64,000 nt of DNA from Trichodelitschia bisporula (taxonomy: Eukaryota). The notes beneath the pieces were generated by a model. The model was not told the DNA's origin. It saw only the letters and a program-made list of their open reading frames with translations, and searched no databases. Below, piece by piece: positions 50,284 to 62,537 of the stretch. Within the stretch, counting starts at the first letter, position 1. The number at the start of each line of letters is the position of its first letter. The stretch lies in the NCBI GenBank assembly GCA_010356995.1, contig ML996687.1:559803-623802 (forward strand), in the 5' to 3' direction. Both the position numbers and the translations under genes were made by a program.

Positions 50284-51272
50284 ATGGCAGCCTCCAAATC
50301 CAGCTCAGGCCTCACCCTGACCATCCTCGGCTGCGGTCCGTCTCGCCCCTCCCTAAATCCTTCCTAACACCAGCAGGCACAATGGGTATCGCCATCTCCA
50401 GCGGCATAATGCGCGCTCTCGAAGAGCTCAAGAACTCCTCCTCTCCGCCCGCCGATACACCTCCCCGCCTGCCGAATCGTATCATCGCTTGTGTCCGACG
50501 TGAAGAATCGGGCAAAAAGATCCAATCTGTCCTCGGGTCTTACGACACTGCTCTCGAAATCAGCATCAATGAGAACGTCCGCGCCGTTGAGGCCGCCGAT
50601 GTCATCCTCCTCGGCTGCAAACCATACATGGCGCAATCCATCCTCTCAGAGTCTGGCATGCGCAACGCGCTCCGCGGCAAGCTGCTCATCAGTATTTTGG
50701 CTGGCACGCCAGTGGAGGGTGTTGAGACAGCCATCTGCGGCGGCAGCTATGGCACGTACCCGACCGATTTGCCCCACGTTGTCCGTGTGATGCCCAATAC
50801 GGCTGGCTTCGTCCGCGAGTCGATGACCGTAATCGCGGCATCCAACCCGCCGCTGCCAGAGGAATGGAATAAGCTAGTAGAGTGGATGTTCGGACGCATT
50901 GGCCCCGTGGTCACGCTGCTGCCGCACCTTATGGACGCGGCCACGTCGCTGTGCGGCTCGGGCCCTGCGTTTGCAGCTCTATTTATGGAGGGCCTGGCCG
51001 ATGGCGGCGTGGCTATGGGAATACCCCGCGCTGAGGCGCAGATTATGGCGGCGCAGGTTTTGAAGGGTACTGCGGGGTTGGTGGCGGCTGGTGAACATCC
51101 GGCGGTGCTGAGAGAGAAGGTTAGCACGCCCGGGGGGTGTACGATTGGGGGGCTGTTGGTGCTCGAGGAAGGAGCTGTTAGAGGAACGGTTGCGAAGGCG
51201 GTTAGGGAGGCGACGGTTGTGGCGAGTAAGCTTGGAGTGGAGGGGACGAAGAATGTCAACGCGCCTCGGTAA
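50284..51272 (+). CDS. PRO3: Pyrroline-5-carboxylate reductase
   Basis: ILGCG|TMG Rossmann start across an intron, LGCKP, RVMPNT, LCGSGPAF, REKVSTPGGCTIGGL. Confidence 0.96.
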
Positions 51273-51635
51273 GGGACGGTCTACGGTTGGAGTTGAATAG
51301 AGACAGTGGGATGGTTCGGTGTGGGGGATTCGTGTGCTGTGATCACTCTGCACGATCAGCATCATGGCGTTGGGACCGGACTGGGGTATCTGAGCGTCAT
51401 ATCTTCAACCGAATATGCACTGCTCCACGAGGGGAGGTAGCCAGGCCGTTAAGTAGAGCTCATAACCGTCAAGCAGCCGCCAGAACAAGCCGTCCCGCCC
51501 GTCGCATATGCCCCATAGACAGACCCCCCAAACGCCAACCAGCCGAGACTCCAGCTTTTGATCTTCCATCGTGACAGCAAGCCAGATCTCAGTTCTCCGA
51601 CCCAGGCCATTAGACTCAAAGCACCTTCATCGACT

Positions 51636-52271
51636 TCACTTCCCCCCCTTAACCCCCCTCTTCTCATTCGCCCTCTCCTTCCTCTCCTGCCTCTTAACCC
51701 TCTCCTTCCGTTCCGCCCTCTTCTCCCTCCTCACATCCCCCGCCTCCCCGGTCGCCCCCTCCTTCTTCTCATCCACCTCCACCAGCCAATCGTCCTCGCC
51801 AGCCTTGTTCTTCCCTCCATATCCCCACTTCGCAACCCACTCCCCCTTCTCCTCGTCATACACCTTGTTCCCCTCGCGCTTCTTCGCCTTAATCCCCTTC
51901 TTCGCCGCAAACTTCTCCCACGTCGTCGGCTCCCTGGCGGCGGGGATGGGTTTCTCGCGTGGCAGTGCGGTGTTTGGGGTTGGGAGTTGGACGTCGACGC
52001 CTGTGGGAGAGGCGACGATGGGACACACGGTCAGGATTTGGTTTAGGAGTGCCTGCGCGCAGTCCCGCGCCGCGGCATCGATGTCGCTGTTTTTGGAGTT
52101 CGCGGGGAGGGGGTTCGAGTCGAACACGGCCAAGTGGCCCAGATCGAAGGTGTAAGGAATCGGTTTAGCGACGTTGATGCTCGCTTTCTTCATGTCCTTT
52201 GACAGGGCCGACATGGCGGTGTCGGGCGAAGCGATGTTCTCGGGCGCAGTGTCCATCTCGACGTCGGCCAT
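51636..52271 (-). CDS. RRS1: Ribosome biogenesis regulatory protein RRS1
   Basis: PYTFDLGHL, ARDCAQALLNQI, LPREKP, TWEKFAAKKGI, VYDEEKGEWVAKWGY. Confidence 0.96.
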   Translation of the reverse strand: MADVEMDTAPENIASPDTAMSALSKDMKKASINVAKPIPYTFDLGHLAVFDSNPLPANSKNSDIDAAARDCAQALLNQILTVCPIVASPTGVDVQLPTPNTALPREKPIPAAREPTTWEKFAAKKGIKAKKREGNKVYDEEKGEWVAKWGYGGKNKAGEDDWLVEVDEKKEGATGEAGDVRREKRAERKERVKRQERKERANEKRGVKGGK

Positions 52272-52503
52272 TGCGTTGCGTAGTGGCTTAGAGTTGTAAG
52301 ATTTGGTTGCGCAGTTTCACGCCCGCAAACCTGCCCCCCCAAAAGTCCGAAGAATCTCAAAAAAAAGTCGCGGAAAAAGTCCCGGCCCGCCCACACCCCC
52401 CCCGGCCGGACGCAACTTTTGCTAGCTATCCCAATTGTCAACCTCAACACCAGCTCCTTCGCAGAGCTCCACTGCATACGCGGAGCAATTGGCCCCCAGC
52501 AGA

Positions 52504-54074
52504 ATGTCCACCATCGTCATCCCCCCGGGGCGCTGCCTGCGTACGCTCCCCCGCGCTCTCCGCCCCTCCACCGCTCCCTTCTCAACCTCAACCCACCGTT
52601 CCCTCCCCGCCCCCGCAAAGAAAAAAACCGGCACCTTCGCCCCCCCCAAACGCGGCGAACGCACCCTCAAACTCAAAAAACGCGACGTAGTCCGCGAGAC
52701 CCGGCCCCCGGCACCGGGAGAGCGCAAGGCGGTGCGCAAGCGCATCGTGCTCAGCAATACGAATGCGCTGGAGCCGGCGGGGTTGGTAGATCTGACGGCC
52801 GACATGGCGGGCGCGGAGGAAGTGCGCGGGCGTGTGGTGGGGATACCGGGGGAGGTTGTGGATGCGTTGAGGGTGGTGGAGGGGTTTAAGGTTGGGCAGG
52901 GGTGGGCGTTTTTTAGACGGCCTGCGGCGTTGATGAGGAATGAGGTGGTGGAGTTGGCGAGGGAGATGGAGGGGGTTGAGCAGGCGCGGGGCGCGGATGA
53001 GAGGGCTGTGGGGAGCGGGGTGCGTGATCTCGGGGGTCAGACGCTGCGGAAACTGGTCTATGGTGAAAGGGGGACGGGGAAGAGCGTGTTGCTCCTGCAA
53101 GCCATGGCCACAGCCTTTCTGCGCGGCTGGGTGGTCATCAGCATCCCCGAAGGTATCCCCCCTCCCCCCAATCCCCATCCCCATCCCCATCCCCATCACT
53201 GTACACAACCGCTAACACAGCAAACGCAGCCCGCGATCTCTACCTCGGACAAACCGAATACGCCCCCCTCCCCAACACCTCCCCGGTCCAATACACGCAG
53301 AACGAATACACAGCCAAACTGCTCGCGCAAATCGCAAAGGCCAACCGGCCCGTGCTGTCTAAGCTCAAGCTCACGCATGCGCATAACTTGCCTATCAAGA
53401 TTAAGCCGGGCCTCACGCTCGACGCGTTCGCGGAGCTGGGTGTTAACGACCCTGAAATCGCATGGCCTGTCTTCCAGGCCTTGTGGACGGAACTCACGGC
53501 CCCGGCTGCGGAGGCGGACGCAGAGGGCAAGGCCGTTGCCGTGCCCCGCCCGCAAATCCTCCTTGCTATCGATAATGTGGCCCCGATCTTGAGGCCGACG
53601 CAGTACAAGACCCTCGATGCGGACGGGAAATTGCGCCCGATCCACCCGCAGGACTTTGTGCTTGTAAAGCACTTTCTGGACTACTTCCGTGGCGCGCGCA
53701 CCCTGCCGCAAGGCGGCCTCGTCCTCGCCGCGACCAGCGGAAACGAGACCGTTAAATCTGACGCCCTGTCCGTCGGTATCGCAATGGCGGAGGCGCGCGT
53801 TGCGAATCCAGAAAACAAACAGCTCAAACTAGGCGATTTCTGGAACTTGTACAAGGAGATGGACATGCGCAGCCTGGAAGCGGTGATGGACGTCGAGGCG
53901 CTGAAGCTGGAGGGATTGAGTAAAGCGGAGGCGAGGGCCGTGATTGAGTACTGGGCTGGCAATGGGATGGTGAGGAGTAGGGTTGAAGAGGGGTTTGTGG
54001 GGGAGAAGTGGACGCTTGCTGGGGGGGGTGTTGTGGGGGAGTTGGAGAAGGCGGTCGTCAGGATGAGGTTTTAG
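52504..54074 (+). CDS. RSM23: Mitochondrial small-subunit ribosomal protein mS29/DAP3
   Basis: Presequence-like N-terminus, PAPGERKAVRKRIVLSNTNAL, GWAFFRRPA, P-loop GERGTGKS, C-terminal EKWTLAGGGVVGELEK; one intron. Confidence 0.9.
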
Positions 54075-54661
54075 GGCCACCTTTGTACGATTTGCGTGGT
54101 AGGGTACATATGACATCGTGTGGAGCTCATGGATGAAGAATCTACAAAGTCTACAACATCGTCGTCGGCCCGTACCGTATTCGTATCCCGTGTCCAGCCA
54201 AGAAACGCCTATCAACCCCGCGTCCAACCCGGAGGTGCCGCCGCAACGCACGGCGCTCCCCGCCTCGGACTGGCGCACCCGAACCAGGCCTAGCGGCCCC
54301 GAGTTTCCCTGTCCCGCCAGCCAGCCTTGCGCAAGCGCGTGGTCAGCGCCGAGGGAGGAGATAATGTGCGGGACACTGACGCTGACCCGATAAGAGCTTC
54401 GCACCGAGCTAAGCCGCGCCTGCAGCTTCAGGGTTGCACCTTATCGACTTCTGGAGAAGGTGGAGGTGGGGGGTTGGGTGGGTGGGAAGCTCCCGCCGCG
54501 GGGGGGATAAGACGCTGGGGTTACCCAGCGGCTCTACTTGTGAGAGCTTTCCCGGTTTTTGGGTTGCTTTGCTTGTGTTTCCGCGATTCTTGAAGATTTT
54601 TGGTAATTGCGACGAGATTTACTTTGTACGAGGTATACGGGTACGAGTACATCGAGAAATC

Positions 54662-56445
54662 ATGGCGACGACGGCAGACGAGCCCGTGCTCCACGAGACG
54701 GCGAACCAGATCGAGGCGCGCGACGAGGCGAAGCTCGCGGAGCTGGGGTACAAGCAGGAGCTGCAGCGCGACTGGAGCGTGTTGCACAACTTCGGGGTGT
54801 CGTTTTCGATTATCGTGAGTTGCTACCCTTTGGACCGGCGCATGCGGGACTGACTGGGCGCAGAGCGTGGTTACGGGCATCACGACGCTGTTCAGGTGAG
54901 CGCTTCGTCTACTTCCACGGGAGCGGGATTGACGCATCTCAGCTACGGCCTCGCAACCGGCGGCCCCGGCGTCATGGCCTCCGGCTGGCTAATCGGTACA
55001 TCGCGCTCCCCCCCCCCCCCCCTCACCGCTAACCCCGCGCTCCAGTCTCCTTCATGACGCTCTTCGTCGGCCTCAGCATGGCGGAAATCGTCTCCGCAAT
55101 CCCCACCTCGGGCGGGCCCTACTTCTGGGCCGCCATCCTAGCCCCCCCCCAACACGCCCCCTTCTTCAGCTGGCTAACCGGCTTCCTGAACCTCCTGGGC
55201 CAGGTCGCAGTTACGACGGGCATCACATTCGGGTGTGCGGGGCTCATATCCACGCTCGCGACGGTCAAGAGCCCGGATTACACGCCGACGGCGGGGCGCA
55301 CGCTCGGCATCTATGCGGCGCTGCTCGTGAGCCATGGGCTGGTGAATACGTTCGGCGTGCATATCCTGCGTTATCTGAATAACACGTCCATTGTGCTGCA
55401 CAGCCTGGGCGTGGGGTCGCTCGCCATCGCGGTCGTCGCCGCGGCGCCAACACATCAGTCCGCGAAGGCCGTGTTTGGGACGTTCTACGACGGGACCGGG
55501 GATCCGGGGTGGGGAGTGCGGGCATCGCCGGCCTACGTCGCCATCTGCGGGATTCTGCTGTCCCAATACACGATCACGGGCTTCGACGCGAGCGCACACA
55601 TGTCCGAGGAAACGCGGAGCGCAGCGCGCAGCGCCCCCATCGGCGTCATGACGAGCATCGGGGTATCTGCAATCTTCGGCTTCTTCTACCTACTGTGCCT
55701 GCTCTTCTCAGTGCAAGACTGGGACCGCGTCCGCAACTCTGATTACGGCCAACCCGTTCTGCAAATCTTCGTCGACGCATTTGGGGTCAATGGCGCGGTG
55801 GTGGCGATGACGCTGGTGATTATCTGCGTGTGGCATTGCGGGCTGTTCAGCCTGACGAGCAATTCGCGCATGATGTTTGCCTTCAGCCGCGACGGGGCCT
55901 TGCCGCGGTATTTCAACTCCGTGGATAAGAGATTCAGGAGCCCCATCCGCACGATCTGGCTCGCCGCGTCGTTGGCGTTCCTCCTCGCGCTCCCGAGTCT
56001 CGGGAACTCAGTCGCCTTCGCCGCAGCCACGAGCATCGCGACCATCGGGCTGTACCTATCGTACGCGCTGCCCGTGCTCATCAGCATCATCTGGCACAAG
56101 CACTTTGTGCGCGGGCCCTTCAATCTCGGCCGGTTTTCGCGACCCGTGGGGATTGTGACGTGTACCTGGGTTACGTTTATCAGTATCGTGTTTTGTCTGC
56201 CGACGGTGAATCCGGTCAATAAGGACACGCTGAATTACACGCCCGTGGCGGTGGGGATTGTTCTCGTTGGGACGCTCGGGAGCTGGTTCCTTTGGGCGAG
56301 GAAGTGGTTCACTGGGCCGCGCAGGCAGATCGAGCTTGCTGCCATTGGGGTCGATGTTAATGATCCCGCTGCTGTGGTTGAGGCGGAGGAGGCGGGCGTA
56401 CTGGATGGGAAGGGGAAGGTGGGGGAGAAGGAGGTTAGTAGTTAA
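54662..56445 (+). CDS. Amino-acid/GABA/polyamine permease (APC superfamily, UGA4-like)
   Basis: LAELGYKQELQR, NFGVSFSII, MAEIVSAIPTSGGPYFWA, GFDASAHMSEET, SRMMFAFSRDGALP, GPFNLG; three 5' introns. Confidence 0.93.
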
Positions 56446-56575
56446 GTGGGAGCGGGGACGGGAGGGCTTCGGTTGACTGAGGAGCGGGAATCGGGAGCGG
56501 TTGGATACCAATGGAGTAATGGCAGTATAGACTTGACACGCGCAATTGCTATGGTGTAAAGTGAATAGTTTGACA

Positions 56576-56760
56576 AAAGACAGAGACAAGAAGAGGAGAG
56601 AGTTAGAGACTCGAGAGACTAAATGCACCATGATACCAAGATGACATAACAGTGCTCCTTCCTCCCACCATGCGCACATTGCATGATATTCTTTCATCAG
56701 ATAAGTATGCCCCGTGCTGACATCACAATGCTCCTTCCTAGCATAACAATGCTCCTGCCT
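56576..56760. repeat. Dispersed repeat copy B (similar to 6672-6817)
   Basis: Collinear similarity with copy A; ACAATGCTCCTTCC at 56725-56738. Confidence 0.6.
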
Positions 56761-57421
56761 TTTGTCTAGAACTACATCGTGGAGTACCTTTGAGCGGGGA
56801 TGACGTAGGTAGTTTTTAATGATGATTCGTCGTTGCCATCGGAGTGAGCGAGGGACGAATTCAAGTGCTCATTAAAGAAGACGGCCCGATTGGGAATGTG
56901 CGCAGGTTCCTAGGCGTCGTTGATATCAAGGGAACGCTACCCGGGATCTGGTGTGTTTGTGACGATTCGTCCGCGAGACTCAACCTCTGTGGGATAAGCG
57001 TACGGGACGCTCACTATCACAAGATCAGGGGCGGCTGTTGAAGTTTGGTAATTCTAGTCTGCACTGTTGAGGGAGTCCCCGACAGACTCGTTATCCAACG
57101 TCAGCACTACGCCCTGTTCTCTGCATCTACCGTCGTTACTGTTCAAGAGGAGACTGAGCGGCTCCTGCCAGTCCAGGTAAGGGTTCCACAGTGAGCACCC
57201 TTTGTTCTCAACTCCTGATAGACTGTAGGATGAGCACAACTATCTAGTCCTCAACTATGCATGTAGAGCTTTGTCCACGAGTTGCAGTCTTCTATTAAGT
57301 GGTAGTATGGGAAGCCACGTCATTGACCCCGAACAGCTAAGTAATTACGGCTCTTACCTACGTACATACCACGAGCCCAACGATAGACATACACAGAACG
57401 CCTCCCCCCAAACCCCCGCCG

Positions 57422-59107
57422 TTACTCCTCATCCCTTAACTCGCTGGACTTAATTTCCGCAGTCTCACACCCCCCACACCCCCTCTTCAAAATGGGCCAC
57501 GCCCCAGATCCCAACCGACGCACATGCCACCACTCAACCCACTCCCTATCCCACCTCACACACTCCCTCCCACAATCATCGCACACGCGGCCCTCAGCCC
57601 TCGCCGCCTGCGCCTCCTCCAGCGCCTTGTGCAACACACTCGGCGGCTCGTGCGGCAATCCCCCATGCAGCGTCGGCAGCCGCGGATGACGCGCGCAGGT
57701 ACCGAGCGCCAGGTCGAAGAGCGAGCGAACGCGCGCGCGGGGCGGCGGGGCCCAGAATTTGATAAAGTCGCCGTGGTGGGCCGTCGAGAGAGTCGTGTAG
57801 GCAGGGAGCGACGTGAATGGCGACCCGGGCGGGAGGGCGGAGGGGGGCATGCGCTCGGGCCAGGGGAGAAGGGACACGGGTGCGGTGCGCGCGAAGAGGG
57901 CTTCATGGCTCCGCCGGCCATCCGGGTCGCGCAGATTGTGCAAGGGAATGCGGGCCTCGAGATCTTTCATGATCGGGGTGAATTTGGGGTCGGTCTCGAG
58001 GAAGGGATTGGGGGTGAGGGTGACTTTGAGGCGCCGGGCTTTGCGCAGGAGGGTTAGGAAGGCGTAGGGGAGGGTGGTGAGGCGGTTGTTGGCGACGCTG
58101 AGCTCCACCAGGTTTTCCAGCTGTGCGATGGCGGGGGGGAGAGCGGTCAGCTTGTTGTTGCGCAGGATGAGGACGGTGAGGTTCGTGAGGGAGAAGAGGG
58201 TGAGTGGGAGGGTGCGGAGGCTGTTATTCGCGAGGTACAGCTGAATTCGCGCCTCGAGAGACTCGTAGTGCGTCTCCTCGAAAGACTCGCGGAGCTCCTT
58301 CATAGTCTCGGGGCGCCTCCCGAAACGCCCGTGGTGCGCCTCACTGGCTAACTGCTGAGAGTTGAGCGGGACGTGGTCGAAGTGGCGTGGGACCTTGATG
58401 ATAGAGCGGAGGGGCGTGAGGAGGTCAGAGGGGAGCGTTTGGAGGTCGAGGTTGCTACGTGGGTTAGGTATCTACTTCAACGACGGGGGGGTGACGTACT
58501 CAAGCTCCACAACGGGATTGTTCTCGTCAACACACTCCTCCACCTTGCGCCTCGCCAGCACCAGCGGACTCTCCGCACGGGCAACCGTGCCAAAGATCAA
58601 GCCGCCGCCGAGCTCGCTCGTCAACGTCGTCTCCTGGACGCCCGTCTGCGGCTGCACCTCGCTACCACCGGCCCCCGACGACTCCGGTACTTCGCCCTCT
58701 GGCAATTCGCCCTCGTCCGTGTTGTCGCTCAGCATGTACACGCCGCTGTCGAAGTTGCGTGCAAAGTTCGACTTGGCCTTCGGGGTGGCAGAGGACGGAG
58801 CTTGGGCAGGCGAGAAGGCAGACGCCGATGCCGACGCAGATACGGGGGTTTGCGAAGGCGCACCGGCAGCCCAGTAGGGCCCGACATGGCGCCGCTTTGC
58901 ACGCGGTTTTTCGTAGAGCTCGACAGAGGGGTCAATAGGGTCGGAAGAGAAGCTGTCTGGTTCGGAGGAGGGGGCGTCGTCGAGGGGAGGGGGTGCGGTG
59001 AAAGGGTAGGAGCGTTTGGTGGGGCGGAAAGGCGGGGGTGAGGAGGGGATGTTGGGCGAGGGTGAGGAGGGGATGTTGGGGGGGGAGGAGGGGAGGGGGG
59101 ACGACAT
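57422..59107 (-). CDS. Leucine-rich-repeat protein with Ser/Pro-rich N-terminus and C-terminal Cys cluster
   Basis: LYLANNSLRTLP, LILRNNKLTALP, LSVANNRLTTLP LRRs; NFDSGVYM; C-terminal CDDC...CGGC; one intron ~58456-58498. Confidence 0.8.
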
Positions 59108-60223
59108 GGTGTAGCAATGGATGGTGTGTCTAATAAAGGGGAATGGAGAAGAATTGGATTTGACGATGCTGGTTGTCGTGGGGGTGAAGGTGGAGGAGAA
59201 CTTTAAGGTGTTCGGAAGTGCGTGACGCGTGGTTGGCGCGTCCACCACGTACAGTATTCTGTGGCGGGGGGTGGGGAGCGTGGCGGGGCGGGGATTGGGG
59301 AGCCGACTCCATGGCCGTGGGTTTTGCTGGGCTGAAGGACAATGGCAATTGATTGTGAAATACCTCCGTACGGAATACGGATTGTACATGCAAATGCTCT
59401 ACCTCCGTATGAGGGGATTTAGAGGCGGTTTGTGATACCATTTTGGACTTTTTGATGGCTTGCGTACCAAACGCTGATGTCGACTGCCCGGAGGTATCTC
59501 CAGCCTCCCACAACTCAGATTCTTCACCCAAGAAAAATCTGAACCGAAATCACGCTTCGAAGCGGCAAGCAAGGGCCTACCGAGTGAGAGTCGCGAAAGC
59601 TCTGAATGGGTACATACCTCCCGGAAGGAAGAGAAAAGAGAGGGAATTGGTCGAGTATGCCGTATGCCACAGTCACTTCCACCGAACAGAGCAAGGCTGG
59701 GCACAAGCCTGATGTCTTATTTCCGCAAAGGCTGAAGCAAGGAGGCCCGAGACTCGAACTAAAACGATTTAACGCGTTTTTTCCAGCATCGATGACGGAA
59801 AGAATCGGGACTATCGCGAGGCTCTCGCGACGTGCTGACTGCGCACCCAGACCCTCAGTCACGCCAATGCCTTCACAGCCCAAAGCAGGAGTAAAGATGA
59901 CTCCATCAAACCCCTTCACGGCCTTCAATCCACATCTTCCACATCACAATGCCTCAGTGTCGTTCTCCATCCCCCATGGCTAAACACACGCACACTCCTA
60001 AACAAACCGTGCCTGCCAAGAAACATGTGACGGAATGCGGGGAATCACCGCCGAGGGGATCCTTTTCCGCACCGACATCCCCCCTCTCACCTCAGCACCT
60101 GAAAGCTCCACGAATTGAACCTCTGCAAGCGCTGACCGGAATCCACAATGTGAAGCATCGACGTCAACAGCTCGGCCTCGTCCCGCGCCCAAACGTGCGG
60201 TACGGTTTGCTTTCGGCCCGTTC

Positions 60224-60224
<1 letters not shown>

Positions 60225-60309
<85 letters not shown>
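60225..60309. repeat. 85-nt poly(C) homopolymer
   Basis: Uninterrupted C run directly visible. Confidence 0.95.
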
Positions 60310-60310
<1 letters not shown>

Positions 60311-60470
60311 CAATCGGAGCTCTATTCCCAGCCGTTATTCCCGGCACGCCGCCGCGACATCGTCAGCTCCCCATGCAGGAGTTTATATAGAACCGTGGCG
60401 GTCGTCGCAATAATCCTCACCTCATGCATCCTTCCTTTCACTTATAGACCGTAATACCCCATAGACTACC

Positions 60471-62537
60471 ATGCTGCGCACCCTCCCGCGGTCCCCCCGC
60501 CCCCACACCCGCCTCTTCTCCTCCCGCCGCACCTCGCCCTACGAAAGCACAATCGCGAACCTAAACATCGGCGCCCACACCCGCGTCATCTTCCAAGGCT
60601 TCACGGGGAAACAAGCTACGGCCAATGCCATTGAGTCGCTGGCATGGGGCACCAATATCGTCGGCGGCGTGAGACCCGGCAAAGAGGGCGAGCACCTGGG
60701 TCTGCCCGTGCTGCCCTCCGTCCGCCGCGCAATGGCCGAGCTGAAGCCCGACGCAACGGGTATCTACGTTGCGGCGCACCAGGCGCCGGCGGCGATTGAG
60801 GAGGCGATTGAGGCGGAGGTGCCGCTCATCGTCGCGGTCGCGGAGCACATCCCGCTCCACGACATCCTGCGGGTGCACCCCTCCCAAACCTTCCCGGCTC
60901 TCAAAATCACCAACTAACCACTCCGCCAGATCCACTCCATCCTCCAAACCCAATCCAAATCCCGCCTCGTCGGCGCCAACTCCCCCGGCATAATCTCCGC
61001 CCTCGGCAAATGCCGCATCGGCTTCCAACCCCTCCCAACCTTCTCCCCCGGCCACGTCGGCATAATCGCCAAATCCGGCACCCTGAGCTACGAAACCGTC
61101 GCGGCATTGACAAGGCAGGGCGTGGGGCAAAGCCTCTGCATCGGGATGGGCGGCGACGTCGTCGCAGGAACAGACTTCGTCGACGGCCTGCGTGTCTTCG
61201 AACACGACACCGACACCCACGCCATCATCCTCGTAGGCGAAGTCGGTGGCACGGCCGAAGAGGAGGCCGCGGAGTGGATCAAAGCGTATCGCGCCCGCAC
61301 GCCGAACCCCAAGCCGATAGCCGGCCTGGTTGGCGGGCGGACGGCCCGGCCTGGCACCGTTATGGGACATGCGGGTGCGTGGGCGGGGCCCGGTCAAGCG
61401 AGCGCGGCGGAGAAACAGCGTGTCCTGGAGGAGGCAGGCGTCGTCATGGTTGACCACCCGACGAAGTTCGGCGGCCTGATGAAGACGCTGCTTGCGCAGC
61501 GCGGTGCTCCCACCTCTGCGTCCAGCGGGGGCGGAAGCGGAACCATCCCCGCCCAGGCCCGCGGCTTCCACACCCTGCGCCGGCCGCACGTGCGCCCCGC
61601 CCCCGTGATGCAGAAACGCAGTCTCCACCTCCGCGCCGACCAAGCCGCCACCCTCCTCGCCGAGCACGGGATCCGCACCTCCGCCCTGCCCGCCGGGACT
61701 CCGCCCCGCAGCCTCGTGCTGACAATCGACCGGACCATGCGCTCACCCGTGCTCATCGCCTCTTCCGGCACCGGGCCTGCTACACATACCCCCTTCTCCT
61801 ACGCCGGCGGCCCGTCGCCGAGCGAAGCCATGGCCGCAGTGCGCGCGCTGGATCTCGACACAGCCACACCGGCCGCGGCAGATGCACTAGAGCTGATCGT
61901 CGCGCTGTGGGGGCTGTTTCGGCAGTACGAGGGCATCGAGCTGCGATCCCAGGTAGGCGTCGCGGCGGGGAAGCTGCTGGTTGCGGAGCCCGAGTTCACG
62001 TTCGACGACGCGGCGTTCCGGTCGAGCGGGCGGCATGCGGAGCTACATGGGCAGCGGGACGTGACGGGTGTTGATCCGATGGAGCTTGCAGGCGAGGCAG
62101 CGGGGATCGTGTACGTGAAGCTCGACGGGGAGGACCGGAATATCGGGACCGTGGTCAATGGCGCTGGGCTGGCGATGAACACGGTTGACGCGCTAGAGGC
62201 GCAAGTTGGTGGTCTTGCGACGAATTTTCTGGACACGGGTGGGAAGGCGACGAGTGAGACTGTCAAACGGAGTTTTGAGCTTGTGCTTGCGGATCCGAGG
62301 GTTAAGGTTGTGTTTGTGAATATTTTTGGCGGGTTGACGTTGGGGGATATGATTGCCCGGGGAGTGGTTATGGCGATGAGGGAGTTGGAGGTTCATGTGC
62401 CGGTTGTGGTGAGGATTCGGGGGACGAGGGAGGAGGAGGGTCAGGCTGTGATACGGGAGAGTGGGTTGAAGGTTTTTGCGTATGATGGGTTTGAGGAGGC
62501 GGCGCGGAAGGTGGTTGAGTTGGCCAATCGGTCCTGA
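60471..62537 (+). CDS. Fused succinyl-CoA synthetase-like alpha+beta protein (~669 aa)
   Basis: Alpha: RVIFQGFTGK, LVGANSPG, KSGTLSYE, GQSLCIGMGGD, GEVGG, MGHAGA. In the same frame, beta: IGTVVNGAGLAMNT, NFLDTGG, VNIFGG, VVVRIRGT. One intron 60873-60929. Confidence 0.92.

Noticed and set aside
53158..53197. (CCCCAT)n repeat apparently encoding PHPHPH in RSM23
   Set aside because: Lies inside the intron; ordinary microsatellite.
59949..60413. Poly-proline ORF
   Set aside because: Simply the translation of the poly(C) tract.
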